A stretch of DNA of 64,000 nucleotides from positions 8,687 through 72,686 of the forward strand of contig JBDREC010000046.1 of the NCBI GenBank assembly GCA_043820105.1, read 5' to 3'. Position 1 is the first letter of the stretch. Each line of letters starts with the position of its first letter. This DNA is from Pseudomonadota bacterium. Lineage in GTDB: Bacteria; Bdellovibrionota_F; JAHFAK01; JBDREC01. A program made the position numbers and the translations under genes. A model generated the notes under the pieces. The model made no database searches and was not told where the DNA came from. It saw only the letters and a program-made list of their open reading frames with translations. Below are positions 36,468-46,617 of this stretch, piece by piece.

Positions 36468-37778
36468 ATGACCAGCCTTCTTGTTATATTTGTTATTATA
36501 ATTCTAGCCTTATATGGAACCCCTTTGTTTGTAGTTTTAGGTAGTATTGCCTTATTTTCTTTCTTTCGTGAAGGTTATGGAGCTGATTCAGGGCCATTGG
36601 TTATAATGCCACTTTATGATATTGTTTCATCTCAGCCTGTTTTGCTTGCCATTCCTTTGTTTACCTTCGCTGGATATATGATGGCTGAATCAAAGACCCC
36701 TCAAAGGCTTGTTGAATTAGCGCGAGCCTACATTGGGTGGATGCCTGGTGGAATTGCTCTGGTTACATTATTTACTTGTGCGATTTTTACTGCTTTTACA
36801 GGTGCAACGGGAGTGACTATAATAGCTCTTGGTGGTTTGATGTATCCTGTCTTATTAAAGGATATGTATGGTGAAAAGTTTTCTTTAGGTCTTATAACTG
36901 GTGCTGGAAATATTGGTTTATTATTTCCTCCATCTCTTCCAATCATACTTTATGCTCTGGTTGTTCCAAAAGATGGTGATATGATGGTTTCAGTTGATCA
37001 GTTGTTTGCAGCTGGTTTACTCCCTGGTCTATTGATTTTAATGGTAATTGGAATATACGTTATTCTTTATGCCAAGCAAAAAAGATTATCAACTTACAAG
37101 TTTACCTTCACAGAAGCTTTAAGGGCAACTCAAAATGCTATTTGGGAGATCCCGCTTCCTTTTATAATTATTATTGGAATTTATGGAGGTTATTTTACAG
37201 CAACAGAAGCTGCTTCATTTGTTGCTTTCTATGTTTTTGTTATTGAGGTTTTTATATATAAGGACATAAGCCTTAAAAAAGATCTGCCAAAAGTCATAAC
37301 TGAATCCATGATGCTAACAGGTGGGGTTTTAATTGTTTTAGGAACAGCCATGGGCCTTGCTAATTATATGATTGATGCTCAAATTCCCATGAAGATTCTT
37401 TCATTCATGGAGCAATTCATAACATCAAAGTTTGTTTTTCTTATGACTTTAAATATCTTTTTATTAGTTGTTGGTTTTTTGCTGGATATATTTTCTGCTA
37501 CCCTGGTTGTTGTTCCTTTGATAGCGCCGATTGCTTCAAGTTTTGGAATAAATCCAGTTCACCTTGGTATTATTTTTCTAACAAATCTTGGAATAGGTTA
37601 CTTAACGCCCCCTGTTGGCATGAATCTATTTATTGCTTCATTTAGATTCAATAAGCCAGTTCTAACTCTATACAGGGCTTCACTTCCATTTCTTTTTTTG
37701 CTGCTTATTTCTCTAATAATCATAACCTATGTTCCATTCTTAAGTACTTATGTAGTTGAGCTTTTGAATATAAAATAG
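36468..37778 (+). CDS. dctM: TRAP transporter large permease (DctM)
   Basis: 436 aa with 12+ TM helices and DctM-family motifs. Confidence 0.85.
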   Translation: MTSLLVIFVIIILALYGTPLFVVLGSIALFSFFREGYGADSGPLVIMPLYDIVSSQPVLLAIPLFTFAGYMMAESKTPQRLVELARAYIGWMPGGIALVTLFTCAIFTAFTGATGVTIIALGGLMYPVLLKDMYGEKFSLGLITGAGNIGLLFPPSLPIILYALVVPKDGDMMVSVDQLFAAGLLPGLLILMVIGIYVILYAKQKRLSTYKFTFTEALRATQNAIWEIPLPFIIIIGIYGGYFTATEAASFVAFYVFVIEVFIYKDISLKKDLPKVITESMMLTGGVLIVLGTAMGLANYMIDAQIPMKILSFMEQFITSKFVFLMTLNIFLLVVGFLLDIFSATLVVVPLIAPIASSFGINPVHLGIIFLTNLGIGYLTPPVGMNLFIASFRFNKPVLTLYRASLPFLFLLLISLIIITYVPFLSTYVVELLNIK

Positions 37779-37851
37779 TTGCTTTTTTTACTAATATCAC
37801 TATTTAGGTAGCCAACTTAAATATTTCATAAATGAGAAAAACAAAAAAACT

Positions 37852-40683
37852 ATGGCAGTTGATTATATAAAGATACGTGGAGCCAGGCAGCATAACCTTA
37901 AAAATGTGGATGTGGATATTCCAAGGAATAAGCTTGTTGTAATAACTGGTATTTCTGGTTCTGGTAAGTCATCACTGGCTTTTGATACAATTTATGCTGA
38001 AGGTCAGAGAAGGTATGTGGAATCACTTTCTGCCTATGCTCGGCAGTTCTTAGATAGAATGGATAAGCCTGATGTAGATTCTATTGAAGGTTTATCTCCA
38101 GCTATTTCTATTGAACAAAAAACAGTTAGTAAAAATCCAAGATCAACTGTAGCAACTGTTACAGAAATTCATGATTACCTTAGGCTTTTATATGCAAGGA
38201 TTGGAATTCCATTTTGCTATTCTTGTGGCAAAAAGATTTCATCTCAAACTGTGCAGCAAATCGTTGATTCAATTTGCGCTTTAGATGAAGGAGCAAGGAT
38301 TCATGTGCTTGCTCCAATTGTTAGAGGCAAGAAGGGTGAATTTCAGAAAGAGTTTAGCCAATATTTAAAAGAAGGCTATGTTAGAATTAAGGTAGATGGA
38401 GAAACTCTTGATTTAAGTCCTGGACTTAAGCTTTCAAAAAATAAGAAGCATGATATTGATGTTTTCATCGATAGATTAATTATTAAGGAAGGTATTAAAA
38501 ATAGGGTAACTGATTCAGTTGAAACCACTTTGAAATTATCTGATGGGCTTGTTAAAATTGATATTATTGATGCAAAAAACGAGCTTTTAAAAAGTATATT
38601 ATTTTCTGAAAAATTTTCCTGTAATGACTGTAATATTAGTTATCCATCAATTACTCCTCAAATGTTTTCTTTTAATTCGCCACAAGGAGCTTGTCCTGAA
38701 TGTGATGGTTTGGGAACCAAGATTTATTTTGATGAAAAGCTTATTGTTCCTGACCAAAATTTGACTTTAGCTCAGGGAGCAATAGCTCCTTTTGGAAATA
38801 CCACTTCAAAATATTATTATCAAATGCTGCTTGCTGTAGCAAGTCATTATAGCTTTAGTTTGGGCATTCCATTTAGACAGCTTGATGATGAAATTAAGGA
38901 TATATTAATATATGGCTCAAAGGGTGAAAATATAAAATTTTCCTTTGTTGGGGATGATATGTCACATTCTTTTGAAAGACCCTTTGAAGGAGCAATTCCA
39001 TATCTTGAAAGAAGATATAAACAAACAGAATCTGAAAAAATTAGAGATGATTTAGATAAATATATGTCTCAAAGGATTTGTGAAAAATGCAATGGAAAGC
39101 GCTTAAGACAAGAAAGTCTTCACATCCTTGTTGGTGAAATATCAATTGATAAATTCCTGAAAATGTCGATTAAAGAAGGCATTGAATTCCTGATAAATAT
39201 TAAGCTTACAAAAAAAGAAGAACATATTGCACGAAGGATTCTAAAAGAACTAAAAGAGCGGCTAGGATTTTTGTCAAGTGTTGGGCTTAATTATCTTTCA
39301 CTTGATCGATCTTCAGCTACTTTATCTGGGGGTGAAGGTCAAAGGATAAGACTGGCAACTCAGATTGGATCTTCCTTAAGTGGTGTGTTGTATATTTTAG
39401 ATGAACCAAGCATTGGCCTGCATCATCGTGATAATGGAAGGCTCATTGAAACCTTGAAAGGACTTCGTGATTTAGAAAATACTGTTTTGGTTGTTGAGCA
39501 TGATGCTGATATGATGTTAAATGCTGATTATATTTTTGATATGGGACCTGGCGCTGGCAGGCATGGGGGAAAGTTAACAGCTCAAGGTACTCCAAAAGAG
39601 ATTATGCAAGATCCTAATTCTTTAACAGGAAAATATTTGTCAGGCGAAAAGCAAATTAGGACAGCTAAGAAAAGAAGAAAAGGACATGGCAAATCAATAA
39701 CTATTAATAAGGCCTTTGGAAATAATTTAAAAAACTTAGATGTAAGCTTTCCTCTTGGAAAATTTATTTGTGTCACAGGAGTTTCTGGTTCAGGAAAAAG
39801 TACCTTAGTAAATGACACCCTTTATAAATATCTTGCTCAACATTTTTACAGGGCCAAGATGCATGAAACAGTAAAATGTAAACATATTAAAGGAATAAGT
39901 TACATTGATAAGGTTATAAATGTTGATCAATCTCCAATTGGAAGAACCCCACGATCTAATCCAGCTACTTATACAGGGCTTTTTACCCCAATTAGAGAGC
40001 TTTTTGCAGATCTGCCTGATTCAAAGATGCGCGGTTATAAACCCGGGCGTTATTCTTTTAATGTTAAGGGTGGAAGATGTGAAGCTTGCCAGGGTGATGG
40101 TGTAATAAAAATTGAAATGCATTTTTTGCCAGACGTTTTTGTCCAGTGTGAGGTTTGTAAAGGATCAAGGTATAATCGTGAAACTCTTGAAATTAAATAT
40201 AAAGGGAAGAATATTTCAGATCTTTTAAATATGACTGTTGATGAAGCTGCCAAGTTTTTTGAGAATCAACCAGTGATTTCAGCAAAGCTTGAGACTTTAC
40301 AAGAGGTAGGTCTTGGTTATATTTGTCTTGGTCAATTTGCCACAACACTTTCTGGTGGTGAGGCGCAGAGAATTAAGCTTTCAAAAGAACTTTCAAAAAG
40401 ATCAACAGGCAGAACTCTTTATATTTTAGATGAACCAACTACTGGCCTTCATTTTGATGATATCAAAAAACTTTTAGCTGTTCTAAATCGCTTCGCAGAT
40501 AAGGATAATACTGTGATTGTAATTGAACACAATCCAGATGTGATTAAAAATGCAGATCATATCATTGATCTTGGGCCTGAAGGTGGTGATGAAGGTGGTC
40601 AAGTTTTAGCACAGGGTACACCTGAAGAAATCGCAGCTTGCAAAGATTCATATACTGGAATGATGTTGAAAGAAGTGTTGTGA
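37852..40683 (+). CDS. uvrA: Excinuclease ABC subunit A
   Basis: 943 aa with two ABC ATPase modules, zinc fingers (CxxC) and the UvrA signature. Confidence 0.95.
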   Translation: MAVDYIKIRGARQHNLKNVDVDIPRNKLVVITGISGSGKSSLAFDTIYAEGQRRYVESLSAYARQFLDRMDKPDVDSIEGLSPAISIEQKTVSKNPRSTVATVTEIHDYLRLLYARIGIPFCYSCGKKISSQTVQQIVDSICALDEGARIHVLAPIVRGKKGEFQKEFSQYLKEGYVRIKVDGETLDLSPGLKLSKNKKHDIDVFIDRLIIKEGIKNRVTDSVETTLKLSDGLVKIDIIDAKNELLKSILFSEKFSCNDCNISYPSITPQMFSFNSPQGACPECDGLGTKIYFDEKLIVPDQNLTLAQGAIAPFGNTTSKYYYQMLLAVASHYSFSLGIPFRQLDDEIKDILIYGSKGENIKFSFVGDDMSHSFERPFEGAIPYLERRYKQTESEKIRDDLDKYMSQRICEKCNGKRLRQESLHILVGEISIDKFLKMSIKEGIEFLINIKLTKKEEHIARRILKELKERLGFLSSVGLNYLSLDRSSATLSGGEGQRIRLATQIGSSLSGVLYILDEPSIGLHHRDNGRLIETLKGLRDLENTVLVVEHDADMMLNADYIFDMGPGAGRHGGKLTAQGTPKEIMQDPNSLTGKYLSGEKQIRTAKKRRKGHGKSITINKAFGNNLKNLDVSFPLGKFICVTGVSGSGKSTLVNDTLYKYLAQHFYRAKMHETVKCKHIKGISYIDKVINVDQSPIGRTPRSNPATYTGLFTPIRELFADLPDSKMRGYKPGRYSFNVKGGRCEACQGDGVIKIEMHFLPDVFVQCEVCKGSRYNRETLEIKYKGKNISDLLNMTVDEAAKFFENQPVISAKLETLQEVGLGYICLGQFATTLSGGEAQRIKLSKELSKRSTGRTLYILDEPTTGLHFDDIKKLLAVLNRFADKDNTVIVIEHNPDVIKNADHIIDLGPEGGDEGGQVLAQGTPEEIAACKDSYTGMMLKEVL

Positions 40684-40686
40684 AGA

Positions 40687-40728
40687 GTGGTAAGTGGTAA
40701 GTGGTAAGTGGTAAGTGATAAGTGGTAA
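40687..40728. repeat. (GTGGTAA)6 heptamer repeat (one GTGATAA variant)
   Basis: It starts 4 nt after the uvrA stop. Confidence 0.9.
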
Positions 40729-40777
40729 GAAAGAGATCTGGGGAACTGGCGTTCTGGTACCACTTGTTCCCTATAGG

Positions 40778-41971
40778 CTATGATAGAGAAGCTAAAAAAT
40801 CGCATATCATTGTAGGTGAATAAATCTTTTCATCTTTTGCTGGCATTAAGGGCGTGCTGATAAATTTTACACCAAGATCTTCGATTTTATTTACATCAAT
40901 TGTGCTTCTGATTGGTGAGTTTGCAAGATCTGTTACGACGAAGTTAAGTAAATTGCTTGTGCTTACGTTATCGGAACAATCTTTTTTTAGGTATTCCAAT
41001 AATACTTTTACTGATTCATCTGGATTGAGTCCGAATCTTTCTGGGTCTTCGTAAGAGTTCATTAAATAAACTTTTGGACAATTTGCCTTTGCTATTGCTG
41101 ATCCCACGCCCTTAGGCAATAAATTTACCAATAAGGAAGAATAAAAAGAACCCATAGGATAACAGATTAAGTCAGCACTATTGATAAGCGTAACTATCTT
41201 TTCTTCAGTTTCAATATCAGCGCTTTCATTGCTTTCATGATTTCTTGTTAAGAATATATTTTTTATCTTTTTATTAAGTGGTTTTTGCTCTTTTCCTGTT
41301 ATTAAATCTTGGCCTACTAGCTTAACACCATCTGAAAGCTCGACACCAATATGCATACTTTCACTAGTTACAGGTCTGACTACTCCTCTTGATTCAACAA
41401 GCTTTGAAAACATGAAAATCACTGAATCAATATCTTTGTCTTGGGAAAAATAACCACCAACTATTATAAGGTTGCCAATACTGGCTCCTTTTAAGTCAAA
41501 ATTGTTCGGCATAATATCTACAAAGAATTGAAGGTGATTTGTAATGATTTTTCTCATTGGGTTTGAGATTATTGAAATCATTGGATGGCTGCCATTAATA
41601 ATATTTAGAAGGATTGCCAATAATTCTTCCTTTGCTTTATCAAGTGGCAACCTATGGGCAAAAAGCTTATAAATTTCTGGATTACCTTTTATAGATTGAT
41701 CAGCCAGAGCCATCATTCTATTTCTTAAATCGCCAACAGCTATCATATCAAAGGCATCTCTAATTTTTCGAGAACTTCCACCTGAATCAAAAGCTGTAAT
41801 AATATGAATAGTATTATGCGAATATTTAATTATTTCTTTGCTGATTTCCCTAAGTGCTGTGCCACCAGAAAAAAACAAAATCTTTGGTCCAAGCTCTGGA
41901 GTTTTTTTAAATCTAGCGATTTTAATTTCATCAGGAATAGAAACTTGTCTGGTTATTTCAACTTTTGTCAT
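40778..41971 (-). CDS. YvcK/CofD-family protein (gluconeogenesis factor / UPF0052)
   Basis: It has SGGTALREI (the GGGTG-like P-loop) and FDSGGSSRKIRD, which are YvcK/CofD family motifs. Confidence 0.7.
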   Translation of the reverse strand: MTKVEITRQVSIPDEIKIARFKKTPELGPKILFFSGGTALREISKEIIKYSHNTIHIITAFDSGGSSRKIRDAFDMIAVGDLRNRMMALADQSIKGNPEIYKLFAHRLPLDKAKEELLAILLNIINGSHPMISIISNPMRKIITNHLQFFVDIMPNNFDLKGASIGNLIIVGGYFSQDKDIDSVIFMFSKLVESRGVVRPVTSESMHIGVELSDGVKLVGQDLITGKEQKPLNKKIKNIFLTRNHESNESADIETEEKIVTLINSADLICYPMGSFYSSLLVNLLPKGVGSAIAKANCPKVYLMNSYEDPERFGLNPDESVKVLLEYLKKDCSDNVSTSNLLNFVVTDLANSPIRSTIDVNKIEDLGVKFISTPLMPAKDEKIYSPTMICDFLASLS

Positions 41972-42158
41972 AAAAAGATATGATCCTTTCGGTAACTATT
42001 GATAAATAAATTAAGCTTTAATAATAGTAAAATCAATGTTAAAAATTGATTTTAAAAATGTAAAACTTGTGCCTTAAAATTTTCAGTTTTAACATAAAAA
42101 TCAAATTTTGGATTTTGTAAGCTTCTGGAATTACAATCAAAATGAACATGGTGTGATT

Positions 42159-42174
42159 TGGCACACAAAGTGCA
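42159..42174 (+). promoter_or_regulatory. Sigma-54 promoter
   Basis: TTGGCACACAAAGTGCA, i.e. TGGCAC-N5-GTGCA, with correct GG/GC spacing. Confidence 0.5.
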
Positions 42175-42386
42175 AAATATAACTTTTGTATGGCTAAACA
42201 CGAAGGGAAATGGGAATGTTATCTTATACAATAATGTCAATTTATATCACTCAGACAATTATAATATCATTTAGAAATAATTATCAATTTATATGTAATA
42301 TCATTTATAGGTCAATTTATCTCAATAAAGATAAAAAGCTCCTACCATACTAAAGTAGGATTTTATTGTACACCCCATGTCATTGC

Positions 42387-42418
42387 GGAGGGGGGATGGA
42401 TATCCCCTCTCCATTTTT
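42387..42418 (+). terminator. Rho-independent terminator
   Basis: GGAGGGGGGAUGGAUAUCCCCUCUCC (an 11-bp stem with G-U wobbles) followed by AUUUUU. Confidence 0.55.
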
Positions 42419-42532
42419 AAAGCATTTAAATTCAAAATCCCGTACTACACATAATTTTTATTAATTTGATTTGTAGGTTTCAATTTTGTAAGTTTTTACA
42501 AGAATAAAGCTTTTAATTAAAGGAGGATTATC

Positions 42533-44545
42533 ATGAAAAAGGTAATTATTATTATCATTCTATCAATTTTTACCTTAAGTTGTCTTGGTTCAGATGATAC
42601 ATCTTCAGATACGACCATAACTGGTACAGTTCAAGTAATAGGTTTTGATGCTTCCACAAAAGATTTAGTGGTTAATCATCCTGTTAGTGTAAGTATTTCC
42701 GTACAATCAAAAATAGGTCTTGCCAATTTAGAGGTTTCTGTTGGACTAGTGGAAACTCCTGAAGAAAATGCAACAGAAGATGAAATGGCTGATTTGCAAT
42801 CTTGTCTTTTAGGAGTTGTTCGCTTTGAGGATCTCAAGGCAAATGTTGCTAAAACTATGCATGAAAGCTTTAGAGTGAGCTCTGATTGTGAGTTAAGTGA
42901 TACATCTAAAACCCTGAACTTTTTTACCATTATTGATATTTTTGATAAAAGTGATTTTTCAGCGGATCCTTTAAGTGATGATGGAATTGCTGCTTTTTAT
43001 ACAAAAAACCAGAGTCGTCCTAATAATAAAGTTTGCTTAACATCTGATGGTGATGTGGGATGTATTGTTAATGTTACTGTAGATGAAAATCCTGGTATAG
43101 ATTTATCTATGTCTAAATTTTCTTTGCAATCAAGTACAGTGATTTTATATGATGGCACTGATAGTTCTAATGTGCCAGCTGGTGAAGGGGAATATAATCC
43201 AGCACACGCAAAAGCTAATATAGCAATTCGCCTTGATGGAGTGAGTAGTGATGCTGAAAATGACTTAACTGCAGCTACTGAAATTCGTTATGATATATGT
43301 CCCAAAAATGGAACAAATCCAGATTGTGTTTTAGGTGAATGGATGCCTGTTACCATTTTTTCAGTAAAGGACGCTGCAAGTGGACATGATAGAATTGCTG
43401 AAGTCTCTTCTCTCAGCGGAGGGCACGATAGTTATTATCAGCATGATTTATATTTTGAAGGTGATACTTTGACTGCAATTTCAGCAGGTGGAGCTTGGGC
43501 AGATCACGGTCAATTTACGCTTCGAGCCTGCATTAACATTCCAAGAGCAGCTGAAGCAGAATTTAGTTTAAGCGCTTTTACCCCTTTAACAGAGGCTTCA
43601 GAAATGGGTTATGGTGAAAGCCTGGATAATAATTGTAAATATTTTAAGGTAAATATTACTGAACCAAGGGATCAGGGTAATTCGCCTTCTTTAAGCTTTG
43701 ATCATTCATATTCTAATACTTGGGGAGATGATGATACAATTGCTGTTTACGCAGATATCGGGACTACTAACACCCTTGACAGTGAAGGAGCCCATTCCCA
43801 TACCTATGCTGAAGTAAAACTAGAAGGCTGGATTTCTTCAACCATTTTTCATGCAGACTCAGATGTAGATGCTGATACTGATATTTCTGATAATGAAATT
43901 GACTTAACGGTCGTTGCTATGGATTCAACTGTTTACAGCTATTCAAGAGAAGGTGAGTCAGAACTAACTTTTGATGAGGATTGGTCTGTTTCTAAAAAGA
44001 TTTGTGCAACTTTTTCCTATGGAATTTGGATTGTGAGTGTTGATGTAGATGTTTGTGCTTCTGGATCTTTGGGATTTGATGCGACGCTTACGATGTCATC
44101 TCACGCTGGGGATGATACAAGTAATTTTGATACAACTACAACTGCATATGGTGAAGCAATCCCAACCATTACTCCAAGTCTTGATTTTGATGCTTCAGCC
44201 ACAGCATCACTAGATGCAGTTATTTATGAAGCAGGAGCCAAGGCTTCCATTTCACTGCTTGATCTTTCCTCGCCGTTAACGGCCTCATTAAAATGGGGAT
44301 CTTATAGTGATTCAGAAATGGGTGTTATTGTTGATGTGGACTTCTCAACAGATATTACAACTCTAGATGGTTATCTTGAATTATACGTTGATAAAAAGGA
44401 AGTGGATTGCGTTCATGATTATGAACCTTGGACTTGCAGTTCATATTGGCACCGTGAAGACACTGATACAATTGCATCATGGACTGCTGTAACATATGAT
44501 CATTCTCTCTTAAATGAAACAACTTCAGATACCTTAGAATTTTAA
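42533..44545 (+). CDS. Large acidic lipoprotein (hypothetical)
   Basis: An RBS (AAAGGAGGA) and a lipobox (FTLSCLG). 670 aa, rich in D/S/T with paired Cys. Confidence 0.6.
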   Translation: MKKVIIIIILSIFTLSCLGSDDTSSDTTITGTVQVIGFDASTKDLVVNHPVSVSISVQSKIGLANLEVSVGLVETPEENATEDEMADLQSCLLGVVRFEDLKANVAKTMHESFRVSSDCELSDTSKTLNFFTIIDIFDKSDFSADPLSDDGIAAFYTKNQSRPNNKVCLTSDGDVGCIVNVTVDENPGIDLSMSKFSLQSSTVILYDGTDSSNVPAGEGEYNPAHAKANIAIRLDGVSSDAENDLTAATEIRYDICPKNGTNPDCVLGEWMPVTIFSVKDAASGHDRIAEVSSLSGGHDSYYQHDLYFEGDTLTAISAGGAWADHGQFTLRACINIPRAAEAEFSLSAFTPLTEASEMGYGESLDNNCKYFKVNITEPRDQGNSPSLSFDHSYSNTWGDDDTIAVYADIGTTNTLDSEGAHSHTYAEVKLEGWISSTIFHADSDVDADTDISDNEIDLTVVAMDSTVYSYSREGESELTFDEDWSVSKKICATFSYGIWIVSVDVDVCASGSLGFDATLTMSSHAGDDTSNFDTTTTAYGEAIPTITPSLDFDASATASLDAVIYEAGAKASISLLDLSSPLTASLKWGSYSDSEMGVIVDVDFSTDITTLDGYLELYVDKKEVDCVHDYEPWTCSSYWHREDTDTIASWTAVTYDHSLLNETTSDTLEF

Positions 44546-44548
44546 TAA

Positions 44549-46441
44549 ATGTATTTTAAGAATAAAAAAATATATTTTTATATTTTAATTTTTCTTTTTA
44601 TTGTAGGCTGTTTTTTTCTCATAAAGGAAACTTATTTCTCAAATAATAAATCAATCGCTAATTTAGAAATATGTAACATGCAAAAAGATGATGGTTTTTC
44701 CTATGAGTTTGAAATTGATACTCGTGCCACATTTTCTTTATCGTCTTTTATGGGAAAGAAAGCAAATAAAGAAAATCTTCAAAAAACACATAATCTAATG
44801 AAAGGCAAAATAAGTTTTAGAGCACTGAAAGATACTGATGATAGGACTTTAATGGCAGGCCAATTGAGTGAATTGGAGTATGAAATTAACAAAAGAAAAG
44901 CTTTTGAATCTATAAAAGAACTTAGCATTCCTTTTAAGTTTAAACTTGGAAGCAATTGTTCAATATCAGAAATAGATTTATCCTATATTCCTAATAAGAA
45001 AAATAAACAGTTAATTGAAAATGTTATTTATGAACTGCAAATGACTTTTTTAGGTGATGAAAACCAAGAAAAATGGCAAGCAAAAGAAGAAAATGCTCTT
45101 GCAGGCTATGAAGCAAATTATTTGGTCAATGAAATTTCTAAAGATAGCATTTCTATTCATAAAGCTAAGGAAAAATATTTTACTTCAAATACTAGTTCCA
45201 ATAAATCAAATGAGAGTATTAATGTTATTTCATCTGACATCAACATTAGTATATCAAAAAATAAAAAGTGGTTTGATTCAATAAGTACAAAGGAAAGTAT
45301 TGAGATTTTAAAAAATGATGAAATATTCATGCAAGTTGAAAACAAATTAAAAATAAAAAAGTATTTAAAGCCTATTGAAAATTTAGCCCTATGGCAAGAT
45401 GATATCTTTTCAGAATATGAAAATCCTATTGATATAGAAAACTTTTCAAAGATCTATCGCAAATCCCAATTAAGTCATGAATCTAATGAGCGTGATATCA
45501 ATACATTAATAAATAGGTCTTTAAATAGGTCTTTTTCACAAATTTTAGAAGATTATAAAAAAAATATCTTATCAAAAAATCCTTTAGAAAAATCAAAGGC
45601 ACTTGATCTTTTAGTTTCTTATTTAAGGGCAAAAGAAGGGGCTAGCCTTGAGCTTACTCATGCAATAAAGACAGGTGACCTGGAAAATGAATACCAATCT
45701 ATGGCCTTTTTAGCACTGGAACTATCTTCAACTAACGAGTCACAAAAAGCCTTAATGGATGTTTTGCAGGATGTTGATCATAGTTCAATGAATAGAATGC
45801 GATCTGTGATTGCTTTGCAGGATATAAAGAATCCAGCTCCAGAAGTTTTTGATTCAATGATAATTCAAATGAATAAATCAGTTCCGGAAAACGTTGATCG
45901 TGGTGAAAATGATGTTGCAAGAACAAGTGCTTTATCTTTGGGTACATTGGCTGCAAATAATAAAGAAGCTTTTGGAGCTAGAGCTAAAGAAGAATTATTA
46001 AAAAACCTTAAAAGCGCAAATAATTCGTCAGAAACAGCGCTTTATATAAGAGCCTTGGGAAATACTAAGAATCCTTTATTAATTGATGACATAGTCCCAT
46101 ATTTAAATTCCTCTTCAAGCTCTGTACGGTCAGCTTCTGCTGACACTATTGGAGCTATAGATTCAGTGCAATCAGAAGCAATTCTTCTTAATCAGTTTTC
46201 AGAAGAAGAATCTAAAAAGGTTCGTTTAAGTATCATGAAATCTTTAAATAAATTAAGCAAAACAAGTGAAAATTCAACCAATTCCATATCAAATCTCATC
46301 TTATTTGAAGAAAATAAGGATGTGAGAGCTCAAATGATTATTTTTTTAGGTCAAAGGGCTGCTTATAAGGCTCTGTTAAACTTTAAAAACCATGAAAAAG
46401 ATAGTGATAATATAGCGTTAATTGGACGATATATAAAATAG
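44549..46441 (+). CDS. Membrane-anchored protein with C-terminal HEAT/PBS-lyase-like repeats (hypothetical)
   Basis: An N-terminal TM segment. The C-terminal repeats (RSVIALQDI..., VRSASADTIGAI...) resemble HEAT repeats. It sits 3 nt after the previous gene. Confidence 0.55.
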   Translation: MYFKNKKIYFYILIFLFIVGCFFLIKETYFSNNKSIANLEICNMQKDDGFSYEFEIDTRATFSLSSFMGKKANKENLQKTHNLMKGKISFRALKDTDDRTLMAGQLSELEYEINKRKAFESIKELSIPFKFKLGSNCSISEIDLSYIPNKKNKQLIENVIYELQMTFLGDENQEKWQAKEENALAGYEANYLVNEISKDSISIHKAKEKYFTSNTSSNKSNESINVISSDINISISKNKKWFDSISTKESIEILKNDEIFMQVENKLKIKKYLKPIENLALWQDDIFSEYENPIDIENFSKIYRKSQLSHESNERDINTLINRSLNRSFSQILEDYKKNILSKNPLEKSKALDLLVSYLRAKEGASLELTHAIKTGDLENEYQSMAFLALELSSTNESQKALMDVLQDVDHSSMNRMRSVIALQDIKNPAPEVFDSMIIQMNKSVPENVDRGENDVARTSALSLGTLAANNKEAFGARAKEELLKNLKSANNSSETALYIRALGNTKNPLLIDDIVPYLNSSSSSVRSASADTIGAIDSVQSEAILLNQFSEEESKKVRLSIMKSLNKLSKTSENSTNSISNLILFEENKDVRAQMIIFLGQRAAYKALLNFKNHEKDSDNIALIGRYIK

Positions 46442-46617
46442 TATAACTAATAATAATTTTGAATTTTAAATTTAATTTGTTGGTACTTTGGTGACTTCCT
46501 TATTTGTTTACCAAGCCTTTTTGTATTAATTAAAATTGACTCAAATTATTATATCAATTAAATGGATAGCCTATGAAGAAATTCAAATTAAACAATATAT
46601 TAATAAATTAGAATAAA

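Noticed and set aside
42052-42240. 62-aa minus-strand ORF in the 41972-42532 intergenic region
   Set aside because: It overlaps the sigma-54 box. It has no RBS and a Cys/Phe-rich composition typical of random AT-rich frames.
42199-42243. 14-codon ORF (MAKHEGKWECYLIQ) inside the putative sigma-54 transcript
   Set aside because: It has no Shine-Dalgarno, it is very short, and the region is better explained as non-coding.
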